Source of the DNA: an uncultured Eubacteriales bacterium
GTDB lineage: Bacteria; Bacillota; Clostridia; Oscillospirales; CAG-272
NCBI GenBank assembly: GCA_900546695.1
Contig: URDX01000007.1
Span: forward strand, 331-64,330
Direction: 5' to 3'
DNA length: 64,000 bases
The notes below the pieces were generated by a model. It was not told where the DNA came from, searched no databases, and saw only the letters and a list, made by a program, of their open reading frames with translations. Below, piece after piece: positions 8,217 to 18,140 of this stretch; position 1 is the stretch's first letter, and each line of letters starts with the position of its first letter. The position numbers were made by a program, and so were the translations under genes.

Positions 8217-9206
8217 TCAGCGTTCCTCTCTGAAATAAGAAAGACCGAGACTTGCGGGCGGCTGGTTTTCGCGCTTTCTGCGTATGCTGATTATTATCAG
8301 CACAATGATAGTAACCACATACGGGAGCATCTTAAAGAGCTCTGTAGCGCTGCGCGAAAGGCCGGGGATGAAGTTATAAACTATATAGAGTCCGCCGAAG
8401 AGAATCGAGCCGAGAACACCCGCATCGGGCTTCCATACGGCAAAGATAACGAGCGCAATAGCGAGCCATCCACGGTCGCCGAAGCCGTTATTTGACCATA
8501 CGCCCATCGTGTAATCCATAACGTAGTACAGACCTCCGAGGCCGGCGATAACGCTGCCGACGCAGGTTGCGGTGTACTTATACAGCTCAACGTTTATGCC
8601 CGCAGCGTCCGCGGTTGCGGGGTTCTCACCGACCGCGCGCAGATAGAGTCCGCGGCGGGTATGCTTGAAGAACCATGCGGTAAGCAGTGCGATGACTATC
8701 GCGAGATAAGCAAGAAAGCCGTACGACAGGAACACCTCGCCGAACCATCCGAGCTTTGAAGCAAACGGCAGGGTCGTGCGGAAGAATTCGCTCGTCTGAG
8801 TCAGTGCGACCGACGCGGTCTCACTCTTTGTGATAGTTGCGAGCGAGCCGCCGAAGAAGTTACCGAAGCCGATACCGAAGGTAGTGAGCGCAAGACCCGT
8901 GACGTTCTGATTTGCGCGGAGCGAAACGGTCAGGAAGCAATAGATAAGCCCCATCAGAAGCGAACCGAGCATAGAAGAAAGCAGCGGGATAATAACGGCA
9001 AGGAAGGGATTGAGCACGCCCGATGCCGCGCGTGCCGACTCCTCATAAAGGAACGCGCCGATGACGCCGCTGATGCCGCCGACGTACATTATACCGGGGA
9101 TACCGAGATTGATATTACCCGATTTCTCGGTGATTATCTCACCCGTCGAGCCGAAAAGGAGCGGAATGCCCTGAACGATAGCGCGCTGAATTACGGTAAT
9201 AATCAT
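8217..9206 (-). CDS. ABC transporter permease (BMP/nucleoside-type importer)
   Basis: Start trimmed to the ATG at 9206 (MIITVIQRAIVQGIPLLFGSTGEIITEKSGNINLGIPG), 3 nt after the upstream permease stop. The protein is polytopic and the gene is the last of a 4-gene operon. Confidence 0.85.
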   Translation of the reverse strand: MIITVIQRAIVQGIPLLFGSTGEIITEKSGNINLGIPGIMYVGGISGVIGAFLYEESARAASGVLNPFLAVIIPLLSSMLGSLLMGLIYCFLTVSLRANQNVTGLALTTFGIGFGNFFGGSLATITKSETASVALTQTSEFFRTTLPFASKLGWFGEVFLSYGFLAYLAIVIALLTAWFFKHTRRGLYLRAVGENPATADAAGINVELYKYTATCVGSVIAGLGGLYYVMDYTMGVWSNNGFGDRGWLAIALVIFAVWKPDAGVLGSILFGGLYIVYNFIPGLSRSATELFKMLPYVVTIIVLIIISIRRKRENQPPASLGLSYFREER

Positions 9207-9208
9207 AC

Positions 9209-10318
9209 TCAGTTCTCCTTTCTTGCACTGCGGTGCATGATGCGGTAGTTGATGAAGAATTCGCTTCCGATAATGAAGAACAGAATAATTCCGCTGATGA
9301 TATCGGAGAAGGATTCGTTGAGCTTGAATACCGTCGCAATCTCGCCCGCGCCGCGCTCGAGGAACACGAGCAGGAACGAGGTAAGTATCATGTAGATAGG
9401 ATTGAACTTTGCGAGCCACGATACCATGATAGCGGTAAAGCCTCTGCCGTCCGCCGTCGTTGTTGCTATCGTGTGATGCGTTCCGCCGACGAGCAGCAGA
9501 CCCGCAACGCCGCAGATAGCGCCCGAGAATGCCATTGTGCGTATAATAACGCGCTTTACATTGATGCCGATATAGCGGGCGGTGTTTTCACTCTCGCCGA
9601 CGACCGATATCTCGTAGCCGTGCTTAGAATAGCGCAGATATACGAAAAGGATAACTACGATGAGCGCAACGATGATGATATTCAGCAGATAGCTGTTGTC
9701 GCCGATGGTAGGCAGCCAGCCGGCATGCGTATCCTGATTGATGATGCCGACCTTGCCCGAGCCCTTCGGAACCTCCCATTTGACGACGAAAAACTGAACG
9801 AGCTGCATGGCAACATAGTTCATCATGAGGGTAAAGAGCGTTTCGTTTGTACCCCAGTTAGCCTTGAAGAATGCGGGAATTACGCCCCATATTGCGCCCG
9901 CGACGATAGCCGCGACCGCCATTATGAGGATAAGCACGCCGTCCGGCACCTTTCCGCCGAGCGTTATCATACACGCCGCGGTAGCAAGTCCGCCGATAAG
10001 CACCTGACCCTCCGCGCCGATATTCCAGAAGCGCATACGGAACGCGGGTGTTACGGCAAGCGCAACGCAGAGCAGCATTGCGATATTCTGCAGCAGCTGC
10101 CATACGCGCCTGTTCGTTCCGAAGGAGGATTTAATCATCGTTCCGTAAACGCTGATGGGGTTCTCGCCCGTCAGCGCAAGCGTTACAATACCCGCGACAA
10201 GGAGCGCCGCAATGACCGCGCCGATGCGGATAAGCCATGCGCGCCACCATGCGACGGCGGGGCGCTTGACTATGTGAAAGAGGGGTTCGTGTCCCTCGGC
10301 TTTTTTAGTTGCTGCCAT
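9209..10318 (-). CDS. ABC transporter permease (BMP/nucleoside-type importer)
   Basis: 369-aa polytopic membrane ORF that overlaps the ATPase gene stop by 14 nt. Confidence 0.85.
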   Translation of the reverse strand: MAATKKAEGHEPLFHIVKRPAVAWWRAWLIRIGAVIAALLVAGIVTLALTGENPISVYGTMIKSSFGTNRRVWQLLQNIAMLLCVALAVTPAFRMRFWNIGAEGQVLIGGLATAACMITLGGKVPDGVLILIMAVAAIVAGAIWGVIPAFFKANWGTNETLFTLMMNYVAMQLVQFFVVKWEVPKGSGKVGIINQDTHAGWLPTIGDNSYLLNIIIVALIVVILFVYLRYSKHGYEISVVGESENTARYIGINVKRVIIRTMAFSGAICGVAGLLLVGGTHHTIATTTADGRGFTAIMVSWLAKFNPIYMILTSFLLVFLERGAGEIATVFKLNESFSDIISGIILFFIIGSEFFINYRIMHRSARKEN

Positions 10319-11861
10319 GCTGCTCTCCCTCCTTTTCTTCCTTCTTGTCTGTCTTTGTCATGAGATAGCCTATCTCTTCCTTGACGGCGGTTCTGCCGTC
10401 GACCGTTCCCGTTATGCTGCCGGAGTTGATGACCATTATGCGGTCACAGAGCCCGATAAGCACGTCAAGGTCCTCTCCGACGAAAATGACGGCAACGCCG
10501 CTTTCCTTCTGCTTATTGAGCAGATTATATATCATGTAGGAGGAGTTGATGTCGAGTCCGCGGACGGGGTACGCCGCCATAAATACCGACGGAGCCGCCG
10601 CGATCTCGCGCCCTACAAGCACCTTCTGAACGTTACCGCCCGAAAGACGGCGGACGGGGGTGAAGGCGCTCGGGGTAACGACCTCGAGATCCTTGATTAT
10701 CTCGTCGGCGAGGTCATGCGGCTTCTTTCTGTTAAGAAAGATGGAGCGACCCTTGCCGTAGCTGCGCAGCATCATGTTGTCGATTATGTTCATGTTTCCG
10801 ACAAGTCCCATGCCGAGACGGTCCTCGGGCACGAACGACAGACGGACACCGAGGTCGCGTATCTGTACGGGGGTCTTGTCGCGGAGGTTTACGTGCTCTC
10901 CGTCCTTCGGACTGAGATATGTGATCTCGCCCGAATCTATCGGCTGCAGTCCCGCGATAGCCTCGAGCAGCTCGCGCTGTCCGGAGCCCGCGATGCCCGC
11001 GATACCGAGTATCTCACCCGCGCGCGCCTCGAACGAAACACCGTCCAGCACCTTTATTCCGTCGCTGTTGGTGTAGTTGACGTCGCGGACGAGCAGCCTC
11101 AGACATACGTCGCGCGGCTCGCTGCGGTCGATGTTCAGTGTGACCTTTTTGCCGACCATCATCTCGGTAAGGCTTGCCTCATCGGTCTTTGCGGTCTCGA
11201 CGGTAGCAACATGCTCGCCCTTGCGGAGAACGGCGACGCGGTCGGAGATGGAAAGCACCTCGTGCAGCTTGTGCGTTATGATAATGACCGATTTGCCCTC
11301 ATCGCGCATGCGGCGGAGAACGGCGAACAGCTTTTCCGTCTCCTGCGGGGTAAGCACGGCGGTGGGCTCGTCAAGAATAAGTATGTCCGCGCCGCGGTAG
11401 AGCACCTTCAATATCTCTACCGTCTGCTTCTCGGAAACACTCATATCGTAGATCTTCTTGTCGGGATCCATGATAAAGCCGTATTTCTCGGTGAGCGCGA
11501 CCACCTTCTCGCGCGCGGCGGGAAGCGAATATTTGTCCTCGTCTATGCCGAGGATGATATTCTCGGTCGCCGTAAAAACGTCGACGAGCTTGAAATGCTG
11601 ATGTATCATTCCGATTTTGTAACGGAACGCATCTTTCGGGGAGCGGATAACGACGGGCTCTCCGTCGACATAGACCTCGCCCTCATCGGGATAGTAAATA
11701 CCCGAAATCATATTCATAAGGGTGGTCTTGCCGCTGCCGTTTTCGCCGAGTACCGCAAGTATCTCGCCGTGAAGAACGTCAAGGTCAACATCCTTATTTG
11801 CAACTATGCTGCCAAATCGCTTGGTAACATGCTTTAGCTGTATCGCTACGGAATCTGTCAC
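10305..11861 (-). CDS. ABC transporter ATP-binding protein with duplicated NBDs (sugar/nucleoside importer type)
   Basis: GTG start with a GGAGGTG SD. Walker A is GENGSGKTT, the signature is LSVSEKQ and Walker B is ILILDEP. A second NBD carries GIAGSGQRE and LSGGNVQK. Confidence 0.9.
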   Translation of the reverse strand: MTDSVAIQLKHVTKRFGSIVANKDVDLDVLHGEILAVLGENGSGKTTLMNMISGIYYPDEGEVYVDGEPVVIRSPKDAFRYKIGMIHQHFKLVDVFTATENIILGIDEDKYSLPAAREKVVALTEKYGFIMDPDKKIYDMSVSEKQTVEILKVLYRGADILILDEPTAVLTPQETEKLFAVLRRMRDEGKSVIIITHKLHEVLSISDRVAVLRKGEHVATVETAKTDEASLTEMMVGKKVTLNIDRSEPRDVCLRLLVRDVNYTNSDGIKVLDGVSFEARAGEILGIAGIAGSGQRELLEAIAGLQPIDSGEITYLSPKDGEHVNLRDKTPVQIRDLGVRLSFVPEDRLGMGLVGNMNIIDNMMLRSYGKGRSIFLNRKKPHDLADEIIKDLEVVTPSAFTPVRRLSGGNVQKVLVGREIAAAPSVFMAAYPVRGLDINSSYMIYNLLNKQKESGVAVIFVGEDLDVLIGLCDRIMVINSGSITGTVDGRTAVKEEIGYLMTKTDKKEEKEGEQHGSN

Positions 11862-11906
11862 ACCGCACCTCCGAGTCAGAATTGTAGGCTTTTCCGAAAA
11901 AGCAGG

Positions 11907-11975
11907 AAAAACCGAAGAAGGGTATACCGTTTCTTCGGAATTCTTTAAAGAAAAAATATCGGAGCCGTCTCCGAT
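11907..11975 (-). terminator. two intercistronic hairpins with T-runs between the binding-protein and ATPase genes (partial terminators)
   Basis: atcggag-ccgt-ctccgat (11958-11975) and ccgaagaag..cttcttcgg-type stem (11912-11938). Each is followed by a T-run on the minus strand. Confidence 0.5.
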
Positions 11976-12039
11976 AAAAGACAGTCAGGGGGAGCCGGAC
12001 AGCACCCTGCTCCCCTCCTGTCATATTATACTGTTAAAA

Positions 12040-13293
12040 TCAGAATTTGCTGTTGAGCAGCTCGATGCCGTCGATCTTTACATCGAAGTAAGGAGCAGAA
12101 CGGAACTCGGACTCATGGAAGTAGCCGTTTACGATAGCCTCGGTGTCGCCCGTGTTGTCAGCGTCGGAGTTAACGTCAGCCATGTAGCTCTCAAGAGCAG
12201 CGCCGTCAACGGCGAACTTAGAGGTATCGAATACCTTGAGAGTGCCGTTTTCGAGCTCGTTCTTAACCTCAGCGAGCTTCTCTGCGGTGCCCGCAGCAGC
12301 TGCCTCGGTGTTGATGTCGGAGAGAACAACGGAGCCTGTAGCAAGTGTGCCGGTCCAGTCAGCATCGATAGCCTTGCCGTCCATGGTGTTCTTGATGATA
12401 AGCTCCATGTAAGGCTGCCAGTTGATAGCAGAGGAGATGATGAAGGTCTTGGGGCAAGCCTGAACGGTAGAACCGTTGTAGGAGACATTAGGAACGCCTG
12501 CTGCCTCACATGCGGTAGGAGCACCCATGGAGTCTGCGTGCTGGCTGATAAGCTTGCAGCCCTTAGCGATAAGAGCGTTTGCAGCTTCCTTCTCCATAGC
12601 CTCGTCATACCAAGAACCGGTGAACTGAACCTTCATGGTAGCGGTGGGGCAAACCGATCTTGCGCCGAGGAAGAAGGAGGTATAACCCGAAACAACCTCT
12701 GCGTAGGTGAATGCGCCGACGTAGCCGATAACAGCCTCCTCAGCGGTGAAATCGCCGTTTGCGATCATCTCGTTGAGCTTAAGACCTGCAGCAACGCCTG
12801 CAAGATAACGACCCTCGTAAATAGAAGCAAATGCATTGTGATAGTTGGAAAGACCCTCGGTGTGAGCTCTTGTACCGGTAGCATGGCAGAACTGAACATC
12901 GGTGTACTTCTTAGCAGCCTCGATGAGGTAGGTCTCGTGACCGAAGCTGTCTGCAAAGATGAGCGAGCAGCCCTGATCGACAAGGTCCTCACAAGCCTCG
13001 TAGCACTCCTGACCCTCGGGAATGTTGGTCTTCATGATAACCTGCGAATCGGTAAGACCGGTAGCAGCCTGAGCACCCTTAACTGCGTTGATGAAGTTAA
13101 GGTCATAGGTGGAGTTCTCGTCGTGCAGGAAAATGAAGCCTACCTTGAACTCCTTACCGTCGTTTGCCTTGTTGTCAGCAACGGTAGTCTCGCTGTTATT
13201 GTCGCCGGCAGTATTGCCGCAAGAGGTCGCAAAAGCGGCAACCGAGACAATCATGACAACTGCGAGAGCAATAGAAAGAATCTTCTTAAGCAT
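12040..13293 (-). CDS. BMP-family (Med/PnrA-like) ABC transporter substrate-binding lipoprotein
   Basis: Start trimmed to the ATG at 13293 with a GGAGGA SD. The lipoprotein signal is MLKKILSIALAVVMIVSVAAFATSCGN. The gene is first in the importer operon. Confidence 0.9.
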   Translation of the reverse strand: MLKKILSIALAVVMIVSVAAFATSCGNTAGDNNSETTVADNKANDGKEFKVGFIFLHDENSTYDLNFINAVKGAQAATGLTDSQVIMKTNIPEGQECYEACEDLVDQGCSLIFADSFGHETYLIEAAKKYTDVQFCHATGTRAHTEGLSNYHNAFASIYEGRYLAGVAAGLKLNEMIANGDFTAEEAVIGYVGAFTYAEVVSGYTSFFLGARSVCPTATMKVQFTGSWYDEAMEKEAANALIAKGCKLISQHADSMGAPTACEAAGVPNVSYNGSTVQACPKTFIISSAINWQPYMELIIKNTMDGKAIDADWTGTLATGSVVLSDINTEAAAAGTAEKLAEVKNELENGTLKVFDTSKFAVDGAALESYMADVNSDADNTGDTEAIVNGYFHESEFRSAPYFDVKIDGIELLNSKF

Positions 13294-14090
13294 TTGTCTA
13301 ATCCTCCAAATTTGTTTATAATTAAAAGCATACCTCGCGGCAGCTCTTAATACGGTGTCAGAGGTCGGGCAAGCCAGACAAATAAAGCAACATCGAACAC
13401 ACACCTGTTGTCCGCGCCGAGACACGACGCCCACGCCGACACAAAAATGCAATATCCGATGTAAAAAAACCGGGACGAATTTCTTCGTCCGACATAATGA
13501 TACACCATTCGAACCGGTTTGTCAACTAACAAAAACTCATCAAAACAAGGTTTTAATAAAGTGTGAAAAATCCCGCGTCATCGCTCCCCGCCTTTGGTAA
13601 TTATAACGGCACACTCGACGTGTCCGCAACCAAATCGGCAGCATTTAAGGGAAATAAAGCCATAGCAGTGCCGCTCCGCCGCTGCTGCAACTGACACACC
13701 CCGCCGCATTCCACCGCGCCGCGTCCCCGCATTCCGCTGCGCACTTCTCAATTCACCATGCGTCCCTCTCCTCCGCACGCTCTGCCGTTCGCCGCATGTT
13801 CACTATCGCGTCCAACGCATTCTGCCGCGAGCCGTCACCGTCCTCGCCGTGCGCTCCGTCATTCAGGACAAAATTTTCATGTCTCGGCACGGATAATTTT
13901 CCCCGAAAACATGCATTCAATTCCTGCCGTGCCGTTTTTCACCACACAAACGCGCAAAAGTAAGCCATCGCGACAGCAAGCCGCTTTTACCGCCGCAGAA
14001 AGCCTGTCCCCGCGTGTACTATAGAAATGCCGGAGCTCGTGTATACTATAGAAAAATGCAGCATGCTGCAAAAATCTTCATTTGCGCTTA

Positions 14091-14551
14091 CATCCAAATC
14101 GGATAGGAGACGGTGGTTAACCGCCGTCCTCCCACAACATTCCTCCGCAGTAATTAATCGCTTCTTCGGTACTTTGAGCGGAGCTGACCTCTGCAAGCTC
14201 AACCGCTGCCTTTCGACACGGCTTACTCCTTTTTGAAGCCGGGAGCGTTCCTTGCAAGCCTCCCCGAGTAAGAACAATAACCTTCATTCCGTAACCGCCG
14301 CATCTACTGTATGGAATTCGGGTGCATTGGACTTCTTCTTGTTTGGCAGAGTCGTCCGTCCCAAGTCTGCCTTCTATGCGATTTCTGTTCGTCAGTCCGG
14401 AGCTTTGCCCGCAGAGGCACTTCTCAGCCTCTACATCCGGCTTCCTTCGGATTCCGCCTCACGACGGACACCCTTGCCTTCGGCTAATGCTTCCCGCTGC
14501 CGAGCGCATAGCGGGCTTTCAACATCGAGTTATTGCCCATGTCTGGCACAC
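14091..14551 (-). mobile_element. group IIC intron remnant, copy A (ORF-less, domains IV-V deleted)
   Basis: The minus strand starts GTGTGCCAGACATGGGCAATAAC. It contains GCAAGGGTGTCCGTCGTGAGGCGGAATCCGAAGGAAGC and CTTACTCGGGGAGGC. About 430 nt are nearly identical to copy B. The sequence jumps from ..GCGGAGGAA directly to TGTTGTGG plus a DVI-like hairpin. Boundaries are approximate. Confidence 0.75.
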
Positions 14552-15099
14552 CGAATATTATGCCACTGCGCCGCAGGCGCAATATCACTTTTGCCGCAGG
14601 CAAAAATATCACGCCGAGCAGCGCGAGACTCACTTAACTCGCTTCATCTCGCATTCTGCGGTAAATATCATCCTGTAATATAATTATTTAAAATTGTTCT
14701 TGACATATGTAATTATTTATGATACACTCCTATTGTAAGGAATAGATTTTGTCACATAATCACATAATACGTAAAATAACGTTCCATATAGTTAGTCCTA
14801 AAGTATGCCACCGTATGCTGTGCGCCTCCCCAATTGGATTTATCTGCAGACGTGCAGTGTAGGTACAACCCTCGCGTACGTCTGTTTTTGTTTTACAACG
14901 GAGATTGTATCTCGTAAACTACGAGAAATAGATGACAATATCCATTTGAAAGCGAATACTACAGAGATGTTCAGATTTGGGTATGCATTGATCCCGTATT
15001 TGATAGTCAGATGATTGAATTAAAAGCGTTTTGATTGTGTAAATACCTTTTTCATGCTAAATTTATATGCAGTTGGAATTGCCGGAGTAAGGTGACAAA

Positions 15100-16101
15100 A
15101 TGAAAAGTAACAGTTTGCCGATAGCAAAGCCGTTTTACAGTGTATCGCATTCTCAGGGGACAACCGGAGCAATAATTTACAATAACCCCAGTATGCGAAA
15201 TTGGTACCTAAACAATTCTCTTGTTCTGCAGGCTCGAGCAGACGGACTCGAAAGCAAGCAACCGAAATTACGCATGGATATCTGTCAGTCTAATATAGAA
15301 GACAATCCGTATATTGATCGCCAGCAGCTACTTATGACCTTTCTTGACGGATGTATCAGCCGTGTTGTATGCAATATGATAGACCGTGGGTGGTATGTAT
15401 ATTTCGGAGGAGTGGATGATTATTATATGAAGGGCAGATACGGGTATCACGTACGCCATTATTTACACGACGGTCTAATCTGCGGATATAACCGTGAAAA
15501 GAAAACATACAGCGTTTTTGCGTATGATGAACATATGAGATATTCGTTATTTGAAATGCCGCAACTATGCTTTGATGAGGCAAGAAAATCATCCGAGCGA
15601 ATGGAGTATTGTGGTATGCTTGTAGCCGTCAGGCCGCAGCCTATTCAAATCGACCTTAACCCAATACTGATGCTCGAAAAGCTGCGCGATCATCTTTCGC
15701 CGCCGTCAGCATGGAACTACGACGAGAGCGGTGTAACGGTATACGGCATAGAGGCGCATGAATGTACCATTCATTATATTGAGGCAATTGCAACACCCAA
15801 TTGTCTGCAAGATATCGACATCCGACCGTTCAAGATGTTACTTGAGCATAAGCGTTTTATGCTTGAACGACTTGAAGCACTTGAGTGTTATTACGGACTT
15901 GAAGCAAATTACAGTACTCGATATAAAATAGTAGAAGTTACTGCGGAAAAAATGTGGAATCGGTGCTTGCGTTATACTATGACATCAACTGATTCTGACC
16001 TTTTGGACATGATAGATAAGATACATATTATGCGCGACCTTGAATGGAAAATACTTTCCGATACCGTCGATATGCTATCGGCGAAAGAACGAAGCATGTA
16101 A
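15100..16101 (+). CDS. hypothetical protein, 333 aa; paralog of 31244..32242
   Basis: SD aaggtga. Roughly four-fifths identical by eye to the 332-aa ORF in the RiPP-like operon. There is a possible papain/BtrH-like His motif (HYLHDGLICGYNREKKTYSVFAYDE), but no motif I can assign with confidence. Confidence 0.7.
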   Translation: MKSNSLPIAKPFYSVSHSQGTTGAIIYNNPSMRNWYLNNSLVLQARADGLESKQPKLRMDICQSNIEDNPYIDRQQLLMTFLDGCISRVVCNMIDRGWYVYFGGVDDYYMKGRYGYHVRHYLHDGLICGYNREKKTYSVFAYDEHMRYSLFEMPQLCFDEARKSSERMEYCGMLVAVRPQPIQIDLNPILMLEKLRDHLSPPSAWNYDESGVTVYGIEAHECTIHYIEAIATPNCLQDIDIRPFKMLLEHKRFMLERLEALECYYGLEANYSTRYKIVEVTAEKMWNRCLRYTMTSTDSDLLDMIDKIHIMRDLEWKILSDTVDMLSAKERSM

Positions 16102-16226
16102 TCAAAATTACAGCTGCATATGCGCATGTGATAAGGCTTTGACAGTAATCAGTGTATTGGGCGATCTTTGAAATTGCCATCAAAGCCTTAAGCTGCAAGC
16201 ATTGTTCGTAAAAGGATGCAATCACA

Positions 16227-18047
16227 ATGAGCAAGATAAAAAATCTCGCATCTAATTGCAGAAAGCATGTCGGCAATCTGATGTTCATGTACAGACAAAT
16301 ATTTTCGATTTCAAAAATCAGAATATTTCTTGTCGTTTTACAATGTATAATATCAAACGCATACCTGGTGGTAGATATTTATTTTCTCAAGTATATCGTT
16401 GAGGGATTAATAGGCGGTCGCAGCCTGACATATTTCGCCGCAGTGATAGCAGTAAAGTTAGGTACGCTTTTGTTGATGCAATGCTGCGACAATATCTTTG
16501 AAAACTATGTTTTCAAGAAAATAGATGTGAGAATCGAAAAAGAGCTCGCGATACGTCTGTTCGACAGAATCAAAGACATAAAGCTGAGCAAGATGGAATC
16601 CCCCGAATACTACAACAAATATGAGAAAGCCGTCGCGGAGGTCGGGCAGCGTTCGGGGGCACTTATCGGATATTTTACCTATGTTCTGTCCACCCTTTTG
16701 AACATCGTCAGCCTGACAGCCATCATCTCTTCCCTGAACGTTGCTATGATAATAATTTCGCTTGTCGGAATGCTTGTTACCGTTTGGGCGAACATAGCAA
16801 ATACAAAGAACGTTTATGATGCTAATATGAGCTTTGTGGATACGGACAGAAAAATTAATTACGTTCGTCGTATATTCTATCTCCCGCAGTATGCAAAGGA
16901 TATCAGGAGAACAAATCTGCCGCAGCTGCTGAAAAGAAAATATAATGATGCAATCGACGAAAAGCAGGGCTTGATAAAAAAGCACTGGCCGAAAATCATC
17001 GCGATAGCGGTATCGGGAAGCTGGCTTTATAACGTTGTAAATGTGGGTGCGTCGTATTTGTATCTGGCAATCAAAGCGATGCAGCAGGTCATTTCCGTCG
17101 GCGACGTCACATCGCTTGCTTACGCCGTCAATCAGTTGAGCAACAATTTTCTACAGATATCCAATATCATTCCGCAGGCGATTCAGCATTCATTGTACAT
17201 ACAAAACTATAAAGACATGTTCGACGCATTCAGCGAGGAAGACCTGTATGCAGGCTCCGATAAAGCCGCTGTTACGTGCGCCGGTGATATCAGGCTCGAG
17301 CACGTGTCTTTCAGCTACGTCGGTGCTAACGCAAAAGCAATCGATGATATATGCCTGTCGATAAGAAACGGAGAGCACCTTGCAATTGTCGGTGAAAACG
17401 GCTCGGGAAAAACAACTCTCGTAAAGCTGCTGTCGGCTCTGTATGACCCCTCAGACGGAAGGATATCTATGGGCGGCGTTGATTATAGGAATATTTCCTT
17501 CAAAAGCCTGTCGTCGCTGTTCGGAATCGTTGATCAGGATTTTCAGCACTATGCGTTTTCCATCTCGGAAAATCTCTCTATCCAATGCGACGGTACGGAT
17601 GTCGATGATGAAAGGGCCAGCGATTCGCTGAAAAAAGTAAATATTTATGACGCGATATCGAAGCTTGATAACGGGGTTGATTCTGTTTACTCTAAAGAAT
17701 TCGACAAAGACGGCGTAGACTTCTCGGGCGGTCAGCTCCAAAGGCTCGCCATCGCACGCGCTCTGTATTCCGATGCTCCGATAATGATTTTTGATGAGCC
17801 GTCAAGCGCTCTCGACCCTATAGGTGAGCAAAAGCTGTTTGACACCATTTATGAAAATTGCGCGGAAAAGACGCTCATCATGGTGTCGCATAGGCTCTCC
17901 TGCGTTAAGGATATGGATAGAATTATCGTTCTTGATAAGGGAAGGATAATCGAAATGGGCAGCCATGCGGAATTGATGCACTTGGACGGAAAATATGCTG
18001 AAATGTTTAAATTGCAGGGTGAAAGATACGGTCTTGATAAAGACTGA
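16227..18047 (+). CDS. ABC exporter, fused permease/ATPase (606 aa)
   Basis: N-terminal 6-TM domain. Walker A is GENGSGKTT, the signature is FSGGQLQR and Walker B is IMIFDEPSSALD. Confidence 0.9.
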   Translation: MSKIKNLASNCRKHVGNLMFMYRQIFSISKIRIFLVVLQCIISNAYLVVDIYFLKYIVEGLIGGRSLTYFAAVIAVKLGTLLLMQCCDNIFENYVFKKIDVRIEKELAIRLFDRIKDIKLSKMESPEYYNKYEKAVAEVGQRSGALIGYFTYVLSTLLNIVSLTAIISSLNVAMIIISLVGMLVTVWANIANTKNVYDANMSFVDTDRKINYVRRIFYLPQYAKDIRRTNLPQLLKRKYNDAIDEKQGLIKKHWPKIIAIAVSGSWLYNVVNVGASYLYLAIKAMQQVISVGDVTSLAYAVNQLSNNFLQISNIIPQAIQHSLYIQNYKDMFDAFSEEDLYAGSDKAAVTCAGDIRLEHVSFSYVGANAKAIDDICLSIRNGEHLAIVGENGSGKTTLVKLLSALYDPSDGRISMGGVDYRNISFKSLSSLFGIVDQDFQHYAFSISENLSIQCDGTDVDDERASDSLKKVNIYDAISKLDNGVDSVYSKEFDKDGVDFSGGQLQRLAIARALYSDAPIMIFDEPSSALDPIGEQKLFDTIYENCAEKTLIMVSHRLSCVKDMDRIIVLDKGRIIEMGSHAELMHLDGKYAEMFKLQGERYGLDKD

Positions 18048-18140
18048 GTCGCACTACACGAAAAATCCTCATTCGATCGAGTGGGGATTTTTCTTTTTCT
18101 TTTGCCGACAAAAAACAGCAGACAAAGCGTATTTTCCTGT

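Noticed and set aside
9233-13350. Long + strand ORFs (9233..10363, 10317..11837, 11806..13350) opposite the BMP importer operon
   Set aside because: They are mirror frames of well-supported minus-strand genes. They have no SD sequences and are Arg/Asp/His-rich with low complexity.
13463-13530. TTGACA-17-TATCAT promoter-like sequence followed immediately by a terminator-like hairpin (ggacgaa-tttc-ttcgtcc plus a T-run, minus strand) upstream of the BMP operon, considered as an attenuator or riboswitch
   Set aside because: The hairpin would start at the predicted +1, which is hard to reconcile with a leader. No known aptamer motif is recognisable in the 170 nt before the start codon. It was left unannotated.
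14100-14131. Hairpin ggagacggtgg-ttaa-ccgccgtcctcc, first considered as intron domain V, or as a plus-strand RNA element because it has a G-U pair only on the plus strand
   Set aside because: It lacks the catalytic triad and the 2-nt bulge. Comparison with copy B shows that the real DV lies in the segment deleted from copy A, so this helix corresponds to DVI. The single wobble is weak evidence for strand.
14252-14683. ORFs 14252..14683 and 18491..18838 with identical N-termini (MQASPSKNNNLHSVTAASTVWNSG...), plus the 14322 and 18561 pair
   Set aside because: The identity comes from the repeated group II intron DNA read on the antisense strand. There is no SD, and the frames end at different places where the repeat ends.
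14805-15014. 69-aa ORF and smaller ORFs in the AT-rich leader upstream of the 333-aa gene, examined as possible precursor peptides
   Set aside because: They have no SD and no Cys or Gly-Gly type features. The paralogous locus at 32243-32400 has no counterpart.
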